Positions 9,739-18,790 of a DNA stretch of 64,000 bases are shown one piece after another. Both the position numbers and the translations under genes were made by a program. Numbering within the stretch: position 1 is the first letter of the stretch; each line of letters begins with the position of its first letter. Source of the DNA: an uncultured Candidatus Saccharibacteria bacterium (GTDB lineage Bacteria; Patescibacteriota; Minisyncoccia; Phycocordibacterales; UBA6899); assembly GCA_964469335.1 (NCBI GenBank), contig CAYXYK010000003.1, positions 196,674-260,673 on the forward strand, in the 5' to 3' direction. The notes beneath the pieces are model-generated. The model did not search any database and had not been told where the DNA came from. It worked only from the letters and a program-made list of their open reading frames with translations.

Positions 9739-10385
9739 AATGGTCATTAATTCACAAAAAAGCAAACCCAGCACTTGAGAAGCATGGTTATCGCGATCAT
9801 CGAGTGAGGGAATTTTTAAGACAAGAAGGACTTTTGCGTTGTGCATATTGTGCTGTTCATGAGAATGCTGTCGGGGGAGTCCAGGCATTTCATATTGACC
9901 ACTACAAACCCAAGAAAAAGTTTCCTGCTTTAACGAATTCACTCTCCAATCTCTTTTATGTTTGCCCCATCTGCAATCGATTTAAGTCAGATGATTGGCC
10001 TGCAAATCCTCGCCCCACGTTTAGTAATAGCTCATATCCAAATCCGTCGAAGGTAGATTACAGCAAGCTGTTTGACGTTAGTTCTAGTGACTATGTGGTT
10101 AGTGGCCTGTTTGTGGCCTCAAAATATATAGTAGAAAAGCTATACCTTAATCGACCTCAGTTGATTTTGGAGCGGCGCTACTATTACCTAAACCAAAAAT
10201 TTGAATATCTGAGTTCGAATTATTTACCTATAATTAATGGTTTGAGTTCCATTGGAAATAAAGAGGCAATTGAATGTATAGTAAAACTTGCTGAAATCAG
10301 TGGTAAACTCAATGAACTACATTCTGCCTTAAAAACAATACCGTTATATGAAGTAGCAGATGTGACAAAGAGGAAAAAGAAATGA
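9735..10385 (+). CDS. HNH family endonuclease (candidate restriction endonuclease)
   Basis: CAYCAVHE ... HIDHYKPKKK ... YVCPICNRFK: a Cys4 zinc-finger HNH motif. The start overlaps the upstream stop (ATGA). Confidence 0.7.
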   Translation: MKWSLIHKKANPALEKHGYRDHRVREFLRQEGLLRCAYCAVHENAVGGVQAFHIDHYKPKKKFPALTNSLSNLFYVCPICNRFKSDDWPANPRPTFSNSSYPNPSKVDYSKLFDVSSSDYVVSGLFVASKYIVEKLYLNRPQLILERRYYYLNQKFEYLSSNYLPIINGLSSIGNKEAIECIVKLAEISGKLNELHSALKTIPLYEVADVTKRKKK

Positions 10386-12019
10386 ACTTAAAAAAGGAAA
10401 CAGGCTCATATTACACACCACATATCCTATCGGATTTCATGGTTTTTCACCTGTTTTCAGAATATAAATTTCCTAAAAATATAAATATTTTGGAGCCTAG
10501 CGCCGGAGACGGAGTATTCTTTGATTCGCTTTTTAATAATCAAGTTTTTAAAAATAAGTTTAAACTTCCCAAAAAAATAATCATTGATGCTGTTGAAATT
10601 GAAAAGGTAGCGATGCGTCATCTGGAAGTGAAAACGAGAGATTATATTTCAAAATCAAGTGAAATAAACTACACCCAGGAGGATTATTTGAAATACCAGC
10701 ATAAGAATAAAAAGAAGTTTGATTTGGTTTTGGGGAACCCACCTTACATAAAAAGTAGTCTTTTAAATAAAACTCAGATTGAGTTTTGTGAACAAATCCA
10801 TAAAACTGCCGGGCTTGATAATAAGAAAATTAAGAATATATGGACAAGTTTTTTGATTGCTGGCGTAGACTCTCTGAATAAAGACGGGGTACTCTGCTTC
10901 GTACTTCCTGCTGAGTTGTTGCAGGTCATATATGCTAAAGAACTAAGAAACTATCTACGAGATAATTTTCAGAGAATTGAGATTTTTACCTTCAACGAAC
11001 TTATTTTCCCAGATATTGATCAAGATGTTATCGTTCTTATTTGCGCAAAAAAGCAAAACGCGGGTGTTTCTTTCTATCACGTAGAAAAGCTTGATGATCT
11101 AAAAAAGCCAACATATGTTAAGGAAAATGATAACATCCATCGCCAAACTCTAGATAAATGGACTAATTACATTTTATTAGACAATGAACTTAAGTTTTTA
11201 GATTCTCTAAAAACTCGTTTCTCTCCAATCAAAGACTATTGTCGAGCGGAAGTTGGTATTGTTACTGCAGCAAATGATTATTTCATCGTTAATAAAGAAA
11301 CTATTGAGAAATATCACTTGCAAAATGTTGCAAAGCCAATTTTGCAGAAAAGTTCTTTGATGCCAGCAACAATTAACTTTACAAAACTTGACCAGAAGAG
11401 CATTTCTAAAAAAAACAAGCCTTCATACTTTCTTAGATTTGAAGATGTTAATAAAAAAGTATTTTCAAAAGAAATACAAGAGTATCTAAAGATTGGCGAA
11501 GGTCGAAAAATAAACGAACGATATAAATGCAAGCTTCGAAGCAATTGGTACCACGTACCCTCAGTTTGGATTTCTGAAGGGTTCTTTACGAAGCGCTCAA
11601 ATTTATTTCCTAGGATGGCAGTAAATGATGCTAAGTCATACTCTACTGATGCATTTTATAGAATTAAAATGAAGGAACAAAACAATGTTAAAGATCTTGT
11701 ATTTTCATTTTACAATACTTTGACGTTAATTTTTGCTGAGCTAGAGGGACGTTACTATGGTGGGGGAGTGCTCGAGCTAACTCCTAATGAGTATAAGAAT
11801 TTATCTATACCATATTGTAAAAATATAAAGGATTCTACATTTGCAAAGTTAGATAAAATGTTGAGATCTAAGACAGATATAAAAGAAGTTCTAAACTATA
11901 CAGACAAAATAATTTTAAAAGAGAATTACAAAATGTCTGATCAGGAAATTTCCAGGTTGTCTAAGATTTATTCAAAACTTGTTACTCGGAGATTAAAAAA
12001 TAGAAAACTTAGTTTTTAG
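10382..12019 (+). CDS. N6-adenine DNA methyltransferase, gamma class (Eco57I/TaqI-like), candidate Type II modification enzyme
   Basis: Motif I ILEPSAGDGVFF precedes motif IV LVLGNPPYIKS. Long C-terminal region is a likely target-recognition domain. Start overlaps the HNH stop (ATGA). Confidence 0.8.
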   Translation: MNLKKETGSYYTPHILSDFMVFHLFSEYKFPKNINILEPSAGDGVFFDSLFNNQVFKNKFKLPKKIIIDAVEIEKVAMRHLEVKTRDYISKSSEINYTQEDYLKYQHKNKKKFDLVLGNPPYIKSSLLNKTQIEFCEQIHKTAGLDNKKIKNIWTSFLIAGVDSLNKDGVLCFVLPAELLQVIYAKELRNYLRDNFQRIEIFTFNELIFPDIDQDVIVLICAKKQNAGVSFYHVEKLDDLKKPTYVKENDNIHRQTLDKWTNYILLDNELKFLDSLKTRFSPIKDYCRAEVGIVTAANDYFIVNKETIEKYHLQNVAKPILQKSSLMPATINFTKLDQKSISKKNKPSYFLRFEDVNKKVFSKEIQEYLKIGEGRKINERYKCKLRSNWYHVPSVWISEGFFTKRSNLFPRMAVNDAKSYSTDAFYRIKMKEQNNVKDLVFSFYNTLTLIFAELEGRYYGGGVLELTPNEYKNLSIPYCKNIKDSTFAKLDKMLRSKTDIKEVLNYTDKIILKENYKMSDQEISRLSKIYSKLVTRRLKNRKLSF

Positions 12020-12050
12020 TTAGATTCATGATAGATATCAAGTTATCAAA

Positions 12051-12620
12051 ATGAACATTGTTATATTGGGATGGGGCTCTCTATTGTGGGATAAAAATAT
12101 AAATTTTGATGAAACACATAAGGAATGGCTATTCGACGGCCCAAGTTTACCGTTAGAGTTTTCTCGTGTGTCAGAATCGAGAGGAGGAGCGCTAACGCTC
12201 GTAATTGATACTCAAAATGGAACCAAATGCCAAGTTGCGTATTCTTTGAGTATCAGGAAGACACTACGTGATGCCATAAATGACTTGACCAAAAGAGAGG
12301 GAACATCAACAAAACGAATAGGTTTTGTTGATGTGCTGTCTGGTAGTATTTCAGATGACGAGATTTCTCTTGGAATTAAATCTTGGGCGAAGGAACATGA
12401 TATTGAAGCAGTAGTATGGACAAATCTGCAGAGTAATTTTTGGGATAAAGTTGGAGAGAAATTTAGCGTCGAATCTGCGGCCACTTATCTTACTTCACTC
12501 GCAGAAGAGTCAAAAATAGAAGCTCTGAAATATATTAAATCGGCACCAGAATTTGTCCAAACACCACTGAGGAAGGAGTTCGAGATAAGGTTGGCCACAA
12601 ATGAGTTTGGAGAAAAGTGA
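12051..12620 (+). CDS. Hypothetical protein
   Basis: 189-aa ORF in the AT-rich island between the two R-M modules; no family recognised. Confidence 0.45.
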   Translation: MNIVILGWGSLLWDKNINFDETHKEWLFDGPSLPLEFSRVSESRGGALTLVIDTQNGTKCQVAYSLSIRKTLRDAINDLTKREGTSTKRIGFVDVLSGSISDDEISLGIKSWAKEHDIEAVVWTNLQSNFWDKVGEKFSVESAATYLTSLAEESKIEALKYIKSAPEFVQTPLRKEFEIRLATNEFGEK

Positions 12621-12659
12621 TGGGTTTGCAATCCCTAAATAGGGGAGTAGTCTGGAATT

Positions 12660-13067
12660 ATGACTGAGAAAAAAACGGACACATACGAGACGTTAGAATT
12701 CTGGCTAGGTGATGACTGGAAGAAAATTTCTGATGAACACAAGAGGATTTTAGCAGATAAGCTTGATTCACTTACAGATACAAATTTCGAAACGACAAAG
12801 GGTTTGTTTGAAAGAATACGCGACCGTCGTGAGATTCAGGGAGTGCTCATTTTGGGCGTAGTGCTCGGTATCCTAGGAAACTTAGTTGCTAATTATCTTG
12901 ATAGATATTTCCTCCGTTTTGGCTTTGCGTATTCGCTTGTGGTATCAGTAGGTTTTATTGTTGTGTATATTATTTTGAACCGAGCATTTGATAAAGGAAT
13001 CTCATCAATGGTGAGGAGCAATCCAACCCTACGTGCGATGATCGTCGAGAAAACCGAAAAGAAATAA
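12660..13067 (+). CDS. Hypothetical small membrane protein (2 predicted transmembrane helices)
   Basis: Hydrophobic segments VLILGVVLGILGNLVANYL and FAYSLVVSVGFIVVYIIL. Confidence 0.4.
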   Translation: MTEKKTDTYETLEFWLGDDWKKISDEHKRILADKLDSLTDTNFETTKGLFERIRDRREIQGVLILGVVLGILGNLVANYLDRYFLRFGFAYSLVVSVGFIVVYIILNRAFDKGISSMVRSNPTLRAMIVEKTEKK

Positions 13068-13199
13068 CAAAGGAAGTTCGGCACCAATTAATTGCAAAAA
13101 ATTTTTGGTAGATTTGTGCGAATTTCCCTCTAAATTCAACACATTCACTCAATCCCGAACAGACTAGCAACAAAGCCATCTTTGCCGTATTCTTATTGA

Positions 13200-15581
13200 A
13201 TGTCGCAGGAGGCATATTCTCGTGTTGTGATCGACCGAAAACTTCGTGAATCTGGTTGGGATATTGAGGATTCCCGTCAGGTTGTTTTTGAAGACCACGG
13301 AAACGCTGGTAGAGCTGATTATGTACTTAAGGATGGCTCTGGGAGGGCTATTGCACTCATTGAGGCTAAGAAACCAGAGATAGACCCCTACAGTGCAAAG
13401 AAACAGGCTTCTGATTACATAGAACTCCAGTATCCTCATGTGCGGTTTATTTATCTAGCTAACGACAAGCTAATTTACTTCTGGGATTTGGACGGAGGCG
13501 GAGACGCTCAAGTTGTCCCAGCGTTCTACTCCCAAGACGATTTGGTTCGTCGCCAGAGTGTTCGATCTCAAAATCTCGCTAAGAAACTAACAGAAGAGAC
13601 AATTCAAAAAGATTACTTCACCGATGTTGCTGACAGCGCAATCCTCCGTCCATACCAGCTCTCGGCATGGGAAACTATTGCTGATGGATATGATGCTGGG
13701 AAGCGTGCTTTCTTGCTGGAGATGGCTACGGGAACAGGAAAGACAATGCTCGCGTCTCTCATCATTTCTCGTTTCTTGCGCACAAACAACGCACAAAACG
13801 TTCTCTTTCTTGTAGACCGTAAATCACTCGCCATTCAAACCAAGAACACATTCGAGCGACTTCTTCGGGGAGTGTCGGCTGTCGGAACATACTGGGGCTC
13901 AAACAGGAAGAACCTCACGGGGTCAAACGTAGTGGTTGCCACAATTCAGTCTCTCATGCTCCACGGTGCACGTGATTTCTCGTCGGGATACTTCGACCTC
14001 ATCATCCACGACGAAGCACACCGAAGCATCTACTCCCCAGAGGCTCGTTCAGCAGTTGACCACTTCGTGGGAGTAACCAAGATTGGTCTGACTGCTACTC
14101 CTCGTGATTTCTTGAAGAATATTGACCTTGAACAGCTCAATGCAAAAGATCCTCGTAAACTAGAGCGCAGAGTACAGCGTGATACATATTCATATTTTGG
14201 TTGTGAACAAGGGGTGGCAACGTATCGCTACACGATACAAGACGGTGTGAGTGAGAAGTTTCTTGTTCCGCCAAAGTATCACAAGATGAAAACCTCGATT
14301 ACTCAACAGGCATTGTCTGACGAAGGTATAACGACTCTCGCTGACGTTGATCTCGAAGAGGGTGAAAGCATCAAAGTGAAAGACCTTGAAAAGAAGGTGC
14401 ATTTCCCTGAGCGGAATCGTCGCATGATGCAGGAATTTCTTGAACATGCAGTGCGCACACCAGACGGAGAGATCGGAAAGACACTTATCTTTGCGGTATC
14501 GCAAAATCACGCACTCGCACTAGAGAAAATACTGAATGAGCTGAAGCCCGAGTACGGAGGAAAGTTTGCAATGACCATCACTTCGCGAGTGCAGGGGGCT
14601 CATGATATTGCTAAGGATTTCTCGAAAGAGACAAGTAAGCTCCCACGAGTGGGAGTGACGGTAGAAATGCTCGCTACGGGCTTTGATTGCCCTGAGATAC
14701 TCAACATTGTTCTGGCTCGTCCAATATTTGATCCTGTGAGCTACCAGCAGATTAAAGGGCGCGGTACACGTCTGTGCCCAGAGATAAACAAAAAAGAATT
14801 TGTGGTGTTCGACTTCTGTGGTGTCGTTGAATATTTTGACGAGAAGTACGACTGGGAAGCACCAATCGTCCTGCCTCCCGTTGGTGGTGGAAATACAAAT
14901 GAGGGCGGAGCGGAGAGTGGAGGTGGAACAACATGCATAGGAATCGATGGAGAAGGAGGTGAGCCAGAAGAACGCATTTCACAAACACCAGATGTGGTGC
15001 TTTCTCGCGACATCATTACACTTCCTGAAGGTGATACGGTAGATAAAAACATGTATCGCGACGAGTGGACAAAGGCGGTGCAAGATTTCATGAGTAAGAG
15101 AGGCGAGTTGGTCGCATCCGCTCTTGAAGACGAAGATAAGGTAGAGGAGCTCATCGCAGAAATCAACGCCACACTACTCAATCAGCCCAAGCTTTACTTC
15201 AACGAGGAAAATCTCCAAATATCACACCGTATCGTCGCTGGCGTGCGAGAGTTCTTCCTTTCTGCTGTAGGAAAGCAATCGCTCCCAACCCGCGATGAAC
15301 AGCTCACTGGGTTCAAGCAGGCATTGGTCAACAAGTTTGCCCAATCAGATAAGCCAGAAGCCACCTTCAAGAGAGCCGTTATGGGGGAGTTCATTGCAGA
15401 TCAAGCTATTACAAACGACCACTTCCGAAAGTCTGTTATCGAGAAGCCAACACTCGACTTTTTGCGCTGGGACGAGTTTGAGCAAGCTTACTCGGTTACA
15501 GAGTGGCTCAATGTTTTCACAAAAGATGAGCTCACTGAATTGGTTTCGGATATTTCAAATGCACGCATTCTGAAGATTTAA
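13200..15581 (+). CDS. hsdR: Type I-like restriction enzyme R subunit (N-terminal PD-(D/E)xK nuclease plus SF2 DEAH helicase)
   Basis: N-terminal HsdR_N-like segment VVIDRKLRESGWDI...ADYVLKD...IALIEAKK. Helicase motif I LEMATGTGKT, motif II IIHDEAHRS, motif VI QIKGRGTR. At 793 aa it is short for a canonical HsdR. Confidence 0.75.
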   Translation: MSQEAYSRVVIDRKLRESGWDIEDSRQVVFEDHGNAGRADYVLKDGSGRAIALIEAKKPEIDPYSAKKQASDYIELQYPHVRFIYLANDKLIYFWDLDGGGDAQVVPAFYSQDDLVRRQSVRSQNLAKKLTEETIQKDYFTDVADSAILRPYQLSAWETIADGYDAGKRAFLLEMATGTGKTMLASLIISRFLRTNNAQNVLFLVDRKSLAIQTKNTFERLLRGVSAVGTYWGSNRKNLTGSNVVVATIQSLMLHGARDFSSGYFDLIIHDEAHRSIYSPEARSAVDHFVGVTKIGLTATPRDFLKNIDLEQLNAKDPRKLERRVQRDTYSYFGCEQGVATYRYTIQDGVSEKFLVPPKYHKMKTSITQQALSDEGITTLADVDLEEGESIKVKDLEKKVHFPERNRRMMQEFLEHAVRTPDGEIGKTLIFAVSQNHALALEKILNELKPEYGGKFAMTITSRVQGAHDIAKDFSKETSKLPRVGVTVEMLATGFDCPEILNIVLARPIFDPVSYQQIKGRGTRLCPEINKKEFVVFDFCGVVEYFDEKYDWEAPIVLPPVGGGNTNEGGAESGGGTTCIGIDGEGGEPEERISQTPDVVLSRDIITLPEGDTVDKNMYRDEWTKAVQDFMSKRGELVASALEDEDKVEELIAEINATLLNQPKLYFNEENLQISHRIVAGVREFFLSAVGKQSLPTRDEQLTGFKQALVNKFAQSDKPEATFKRAVMGEFIADQAITNDHFRKSVIEKPTLDFLRWDEFEQAYSVTEWLNVFTKDELTELVSDISNARILKI

Positions 15582-15582
15582 T

Positions 15583-17493
15583 ATGGACACCATCTCAACA
15601 TACAAAAGCAGAATAGACGGGCTGATGAATATTCTCTTTGGTGCAGGGGTTTCCAACCCTCAAACCATCATCGAGCAAATTAACTACTTGCTCTTTCTGC
15701 GCGCTCTCTCAGTCAAAGACGACGAGGCAGAGCTTCTTGGTATCGCCGATGAATCAGGCAAGATCTTCACGGGCAAGCTATCGAAGTACAAATGGTCAAA
15801 TCTCCTCGCACTGAACGCCGAGGATCTGTTCAAAATACTTGAGGAGTCTTATGGCGCGATTCAAAAAGAATCTGCGAATGCAACAGTAAAGCTCTTGTTC
15901 CGCAATGCCCATGTAAAGATTTTCGACAAGCCTACGCTCCGCAGGGTGCTTCACGAGATCGAGGAGTTTTCGAAGGAACTCGACACCATTGCCCACGAAG
16001 GCAACAAGGACGTGTTTGGGGATATGTATGAGTTCCTTCTCTCGAAGCTTTCCTCTGCGGGAACGAACGGGCAATTTCGCACCCCACGACACATAATCGA
16101 CTTCATGATCCGAGTACTCGACCCAAAGATTGGCGAGACGATACTTGATCCCGCTTGTGGCACGGCAGGTTTTCTTGTTGCCGCCTACCGCTATATTGCG
16201 GGCGAGTATACGAGCGACAAGATGAAGAAGGCAGGCAGTCCACGTGCAATGGACAAGCTCTCGTCCGAGGAAAAGAATTTTCTCTATAATCACATGTTCA
16301 CGGGCTTCGACAGTGACGAGGACATGATCAAGTTCGGAATGATGAACTTGCATTTGCACGGACTTACGAAATCTCATCTTGTTCGTCAAAATACGCTGAC
16401 TGATACAACTGGGTACAAGGCGAAGTTTGATGTCATTCTCGCCAACCCTCCTTTCAGTGGAAAGCTCGACGAGGAAAGCGTATCGGAAGACATTCGCATG
16501 GGGACAAAAGCGACTGAGCTTCTTTTCTTACGTTTTATGATAGACCACCTATCAAACAGAGGGAAAATGGCGGTGGTAGTGCCAGAAGGTGTGCTCTCAA
16601 GTTCTTCAAGGGCAAACACGAGGGTTCGTGAAATGTTGCTAGAAAATGGTCTATGGTGTGTCGTTTCACTTCCCAAAGGTATTTTTAATCCATATGCAGG
16701 TGTTAAAACCAACATTATATTTCTTGATAAGTTATTTGCCAGTAAGTCGAAAAATATTCTGTTTGTAACACTAGCAAATGATGGCTTTGAGCTTACTGCA
16801 CAGAGACGAGCTACGCAGAAAAATGATTTACCTGAAATATTAGAATTGTTATCAAGATGGAAGATGGACGAAAACACAGAAAGTACTCTCATAAAATCGG
16901 TCGAAAAATCAAAAATTATCGACAATGCCGACCACACTCTCTTGAAAGAGCAGTATGAAATTAACAGTAGGCACACAAAGGCAAAATACCCAATGATAAA
17001 GTTGGGAGAGCTTTGTGAAATTAAGACTGGAAAGAAGGATGTAAATGAAGGAAACCCAGATGGGGAATATCCTTTTTTTACTTGCGCCAAAGAGCCAACT
17101 CGAAGCGATAGTTATTCTTTCGACACAGAAGCCCTGCTTATTGCTGGCAACGGTGATGTTGGTGCTGTAAAGTATTATCTCGGGAAGTTTGAGGCATATC
17201 AAAGAACATATGTTTTGGTGAATTTTGAAAAAAGTGTTTTACCAATGTTCATTTATCACTATCTTGACGCGACGCTTAAACCCATTGTATCTGCACAAAA
17301 ATTAGGTAATACGATGCCATATATAAAAATGGGAATGCTATCAAATTTTGAGATATCTCTTCCGCCCCTAGAAATCCAGCAACAAATTGTCTCTGAAATT
17401 GAGAGTCATCAGCTTGCGGTAGATGAAGCCTACGAAGAAGCCGAAAGACAAAAGAGGAAAATCAAAGAGAGGATCGACAAGATTTGGGAGTAA
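15583..17493 (+). CDS. hsdM: Type I restriction-modification methyltransferase HsdM with a fused C-terminal single target-recognition domain (HsdS-like)
   Basis: N-terminal HsdM_N-like region. SAM motif ILDPACGTAGFL. Catalytic ILANPPFSG. C-terminal ~180 aa resemble an HsdS TRD plus conserved helix (LGELCEIKTGKKD ... LPPLEIQQQIVSEIE). Confidence 0.8.
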   Translation: MDTISTYKSRIDGLMNILFGAGVSNPQTIIEQINYLLFLRALSVKDDEAELLGIADESGKIFTGKLSKYKWSNLLALNAEDLFKILEESYGAIQKESANATVKLLFRNAHVKIFDKPTLRRVLHEIEEFSKELDTIAHEGNKDVFGDMYEFLLSKLSSAGTNGQFRTPRHIIDFMIRVLDPKIGETILDPACGTAGFLVAAYRYIAGEYTSDKMKKAGSPRAMDKLSSEEKNFLYNHMFTGFDSDEDMIKFGMMNLHLHGLTKSHLVRQNTLTDTTGYKAKFDVILANPPFSGKLDEESVSEDIRMGTKATELLFLRFMIDHLSNRGKMAVVVPEGVLSSSSRANTRVREMLLENGLWCVVSLPKGIFNPYAGVKTNIIFLDKLFASKSKNILFVTLANDGFELTAQRRATQKNDLPEILELLSRWKMDENTESTLIKSVEKSKIIDNADHTLLKEQYEINSRHTKAKYPMIKLGELCEIKTGKKDVNEGNPDGEYPFFTCAKEPTRSDSYSFDTEALLIAGNGDVGAVKYYLGKFEAYQRTYVLVNFEKSVLPMFIYHYLDATLKPIVSAQKLGNTMPYIKMGMLSNFEISLPPLEIQQQIVSEIESHQLAVDEAYEEAERQKRKIKERIDKIWE

Positions 17494-17715
17494 ACAGGAA
17501 GTGGGTAGCGGAATAGGAAGAGAAATGGGGGCAGGCATCAATTAATTCGAAAATGCGTTGTCTAATAATGCGGAAAATTTTTTGGTAGCGACCTAGATTT
17601 TTACGACCGTAGGAAGATAAAAATGGAAGTATTCTTTGTGGTGAATATGAAGATGGATCAAACAGGGGATACAACGACTGAGCCCCCGTTTTCCTCCTCT
17701 TTCCTTTTCTTGTCT

Positions 17716-17748
17716 ATACTCTAATTCGCGCGAATGTGCGAATAAGGA
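17716..17748. promoter_or_regulatory. Palindromic element ctaattcgcgcgaatgtgcgaat (copy 1), candidate ArsR-family operator
   Basis: Imperfect inverted repeat taattcgc / gcgaatta about 60 nt upstream of the ArsR-like gene; near-identical copy at 18087-18112. Confidence 0.4.
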
Positions 17749-17807
17749 AACGGCAGAGTGACATTGTGAAGACTGGACGAGAAAATTCCTTGTGTTAGTT
17801 TTCGGGA

Positions 17808-18092
17808 ATGAAGCAAGAAACCAAGGCAGACATCAAGACTCTCGAGAAACAGATGAAGGCGCTCGCCAATGCCCGCCGCCTTGCGATCCTCAGGTATCTC
17901 AAGAAGAATAAGGAAGCTACGGTGGGAGATATTGCCGAGGAGATCAAGCTATCTTTCAAGTCGACATCCAAGCACCTCGCCATTCTCTACGCAGCAGGAG
18001 TCCTCGAGAAAGACCAGCGCAACATCGCGGTTTTCTATCGCCTCACGGTAGCTCCCCACACCATCGCAAAACACATTCTCTCTATGCTCTAA
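17808..18092 (+). CDS. ArsR/SmtB-family transcriptional regulator
   Basis: wHTH RLAILRYLKKNKEATVGDIAEEIKLSFKSTSKHLAILYAAGVL. Confidence 0.7.
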   Translation: MKQETKADIKTLEKQMKALANARRLAILRYLKKNKEATVGDIAEEIKLSFKSTSKHLAILYAAGVLEKDQRNIAVFYRLTVAPHTIAKHILSML

Positions 18093-18115
18093 TTCGCGCG
18101 AATGTGCGAATTAGC
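18085..18115. promoter_or_regulatory. Palindromic element ctaattcgcgcgaatgtgcgaattag (copy 2); may act as operator and/or terminator hairpin
   Basis: Stem ctaattcgc / gcgaattag overlaps the stop of the ArsR-like gene and precedes the 18160 gene. Confidence 0.4.
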
Positions 18116-18159
18116 TCTCGCAAGTTCACAATCCCGTTTCGGCAGGGTACGCTGAGAGT

Positions 18160-18474
18160 ATGAATAAGAATATTGTCGGTATCGCCGTGTTCGCAGTCGG
18201 ATTGCTGCTTATCATTGGGTACTTTGCACTTCAGTTTCAAAAAGTGAATATCACTGCTGCATACATTGCTCCGCCGGGTGCGTGGGAGAGCGGAACATAC
18301 TTCAACGCAGATCATGGAGTCTGCGAGTTCCGATTGGGAACACAGCTCTCTGCATATCATGACTGCACATTCGTGAGTTATGTCATCTACGGAACTCCGA
18401 AGCTCATTGTCATTCCGTATATACTGTTGTTCGCAATGTGGTTTGTGTATCAAAAGAGAAAAAAGAAAACCTAG
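18160..18474 (+). CDS. Small membrane protein, hypothetical
   Basis: 104 aa with two hydrophobic helices, downstream of the ArsR-like gene and the palindrome. Confidence 0.45.
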   Translation: MNKNIVGIAVFAVGLLLIIGYFALQFQKVNITAAYIAPPGAWESGTYFNADHGVCEFRLGTQLSAYHDCTFVSYVIYGTPKLIVIPYILLFAMWFVYQKRKKKT

Positions 18475-18537
18475 TCAGCCACTAGCGAGATCCGCACCGC
18501 TGCAGGATAGTTCGATATTTCTTGGTACAATAAGGGT

Positions 18538-18723
18538 ATGGATAAGAAGAAGCGGAGTTGGATCATGGAGGTATTCATGTCAGGAAGTATGGTCATGGGT
18601 GCTTTTATGAACGTGATGCACAATGTCATTTCTGGACGTGAGACCACCGCAATCACCCGCATGCATGATGAAAAGAAAGCGCACACCGAACACAACAATG
18701 ATGCACCCAAAGCCGAACCCTAA
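18538..18723 (+). CDS. Small hypothetical protein (61 aa)
   Basis: ORF only; weak support. Confidence 0.25.
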   Translation: MDKKKRSWIMEVFMSGSMVMGAFMNVMHNVISGRETTAITRMHDEKKAHTEHNNDAPKAEP

Positions 18724-18756
18724 GCATAGCTCGGACGAATAGCGCTCATCCCCTCA

Positions 18757-18790
18757 CGTAAATCATTCCAACATTCTGCAGAATGTTGGA
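18757..18790. promoter_or_regulatory. 30-nt perfect palindrome cattccaacattctgcagaatgttggaatg, candidate operator
   Basis: Perfect inverted repeat immediately upstream of or overlapping the start of the second ArsR-like gene; second copy at 19160-19200. Confidence 0.45.

Noticed and set aside
13106-13135. Sequence aatttttggtag shared between 13106 and 17577, and tgtgcgaattt at about 13120 resembling the ArsR-associated palindrome half-site upstream of hsdR
   Set aside because: The matches are short (9-12 nt) and AT-rich, in an AT-rich island, so chance occurrence is plausible. I mention it only as a weak hint within the ArsR finding.
6700-17800. Search for tRNA genes, integrase/transposase genes or long direct repeats at the island boundaries
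   Set aside because: No tRNA-like sequence (no GGTTCGAATCC-type T-arm), no integrase or transposase motifs, and no convincing boundary direct repeats were found. The mobilisation mechanism stays unassigned rather than claimed.
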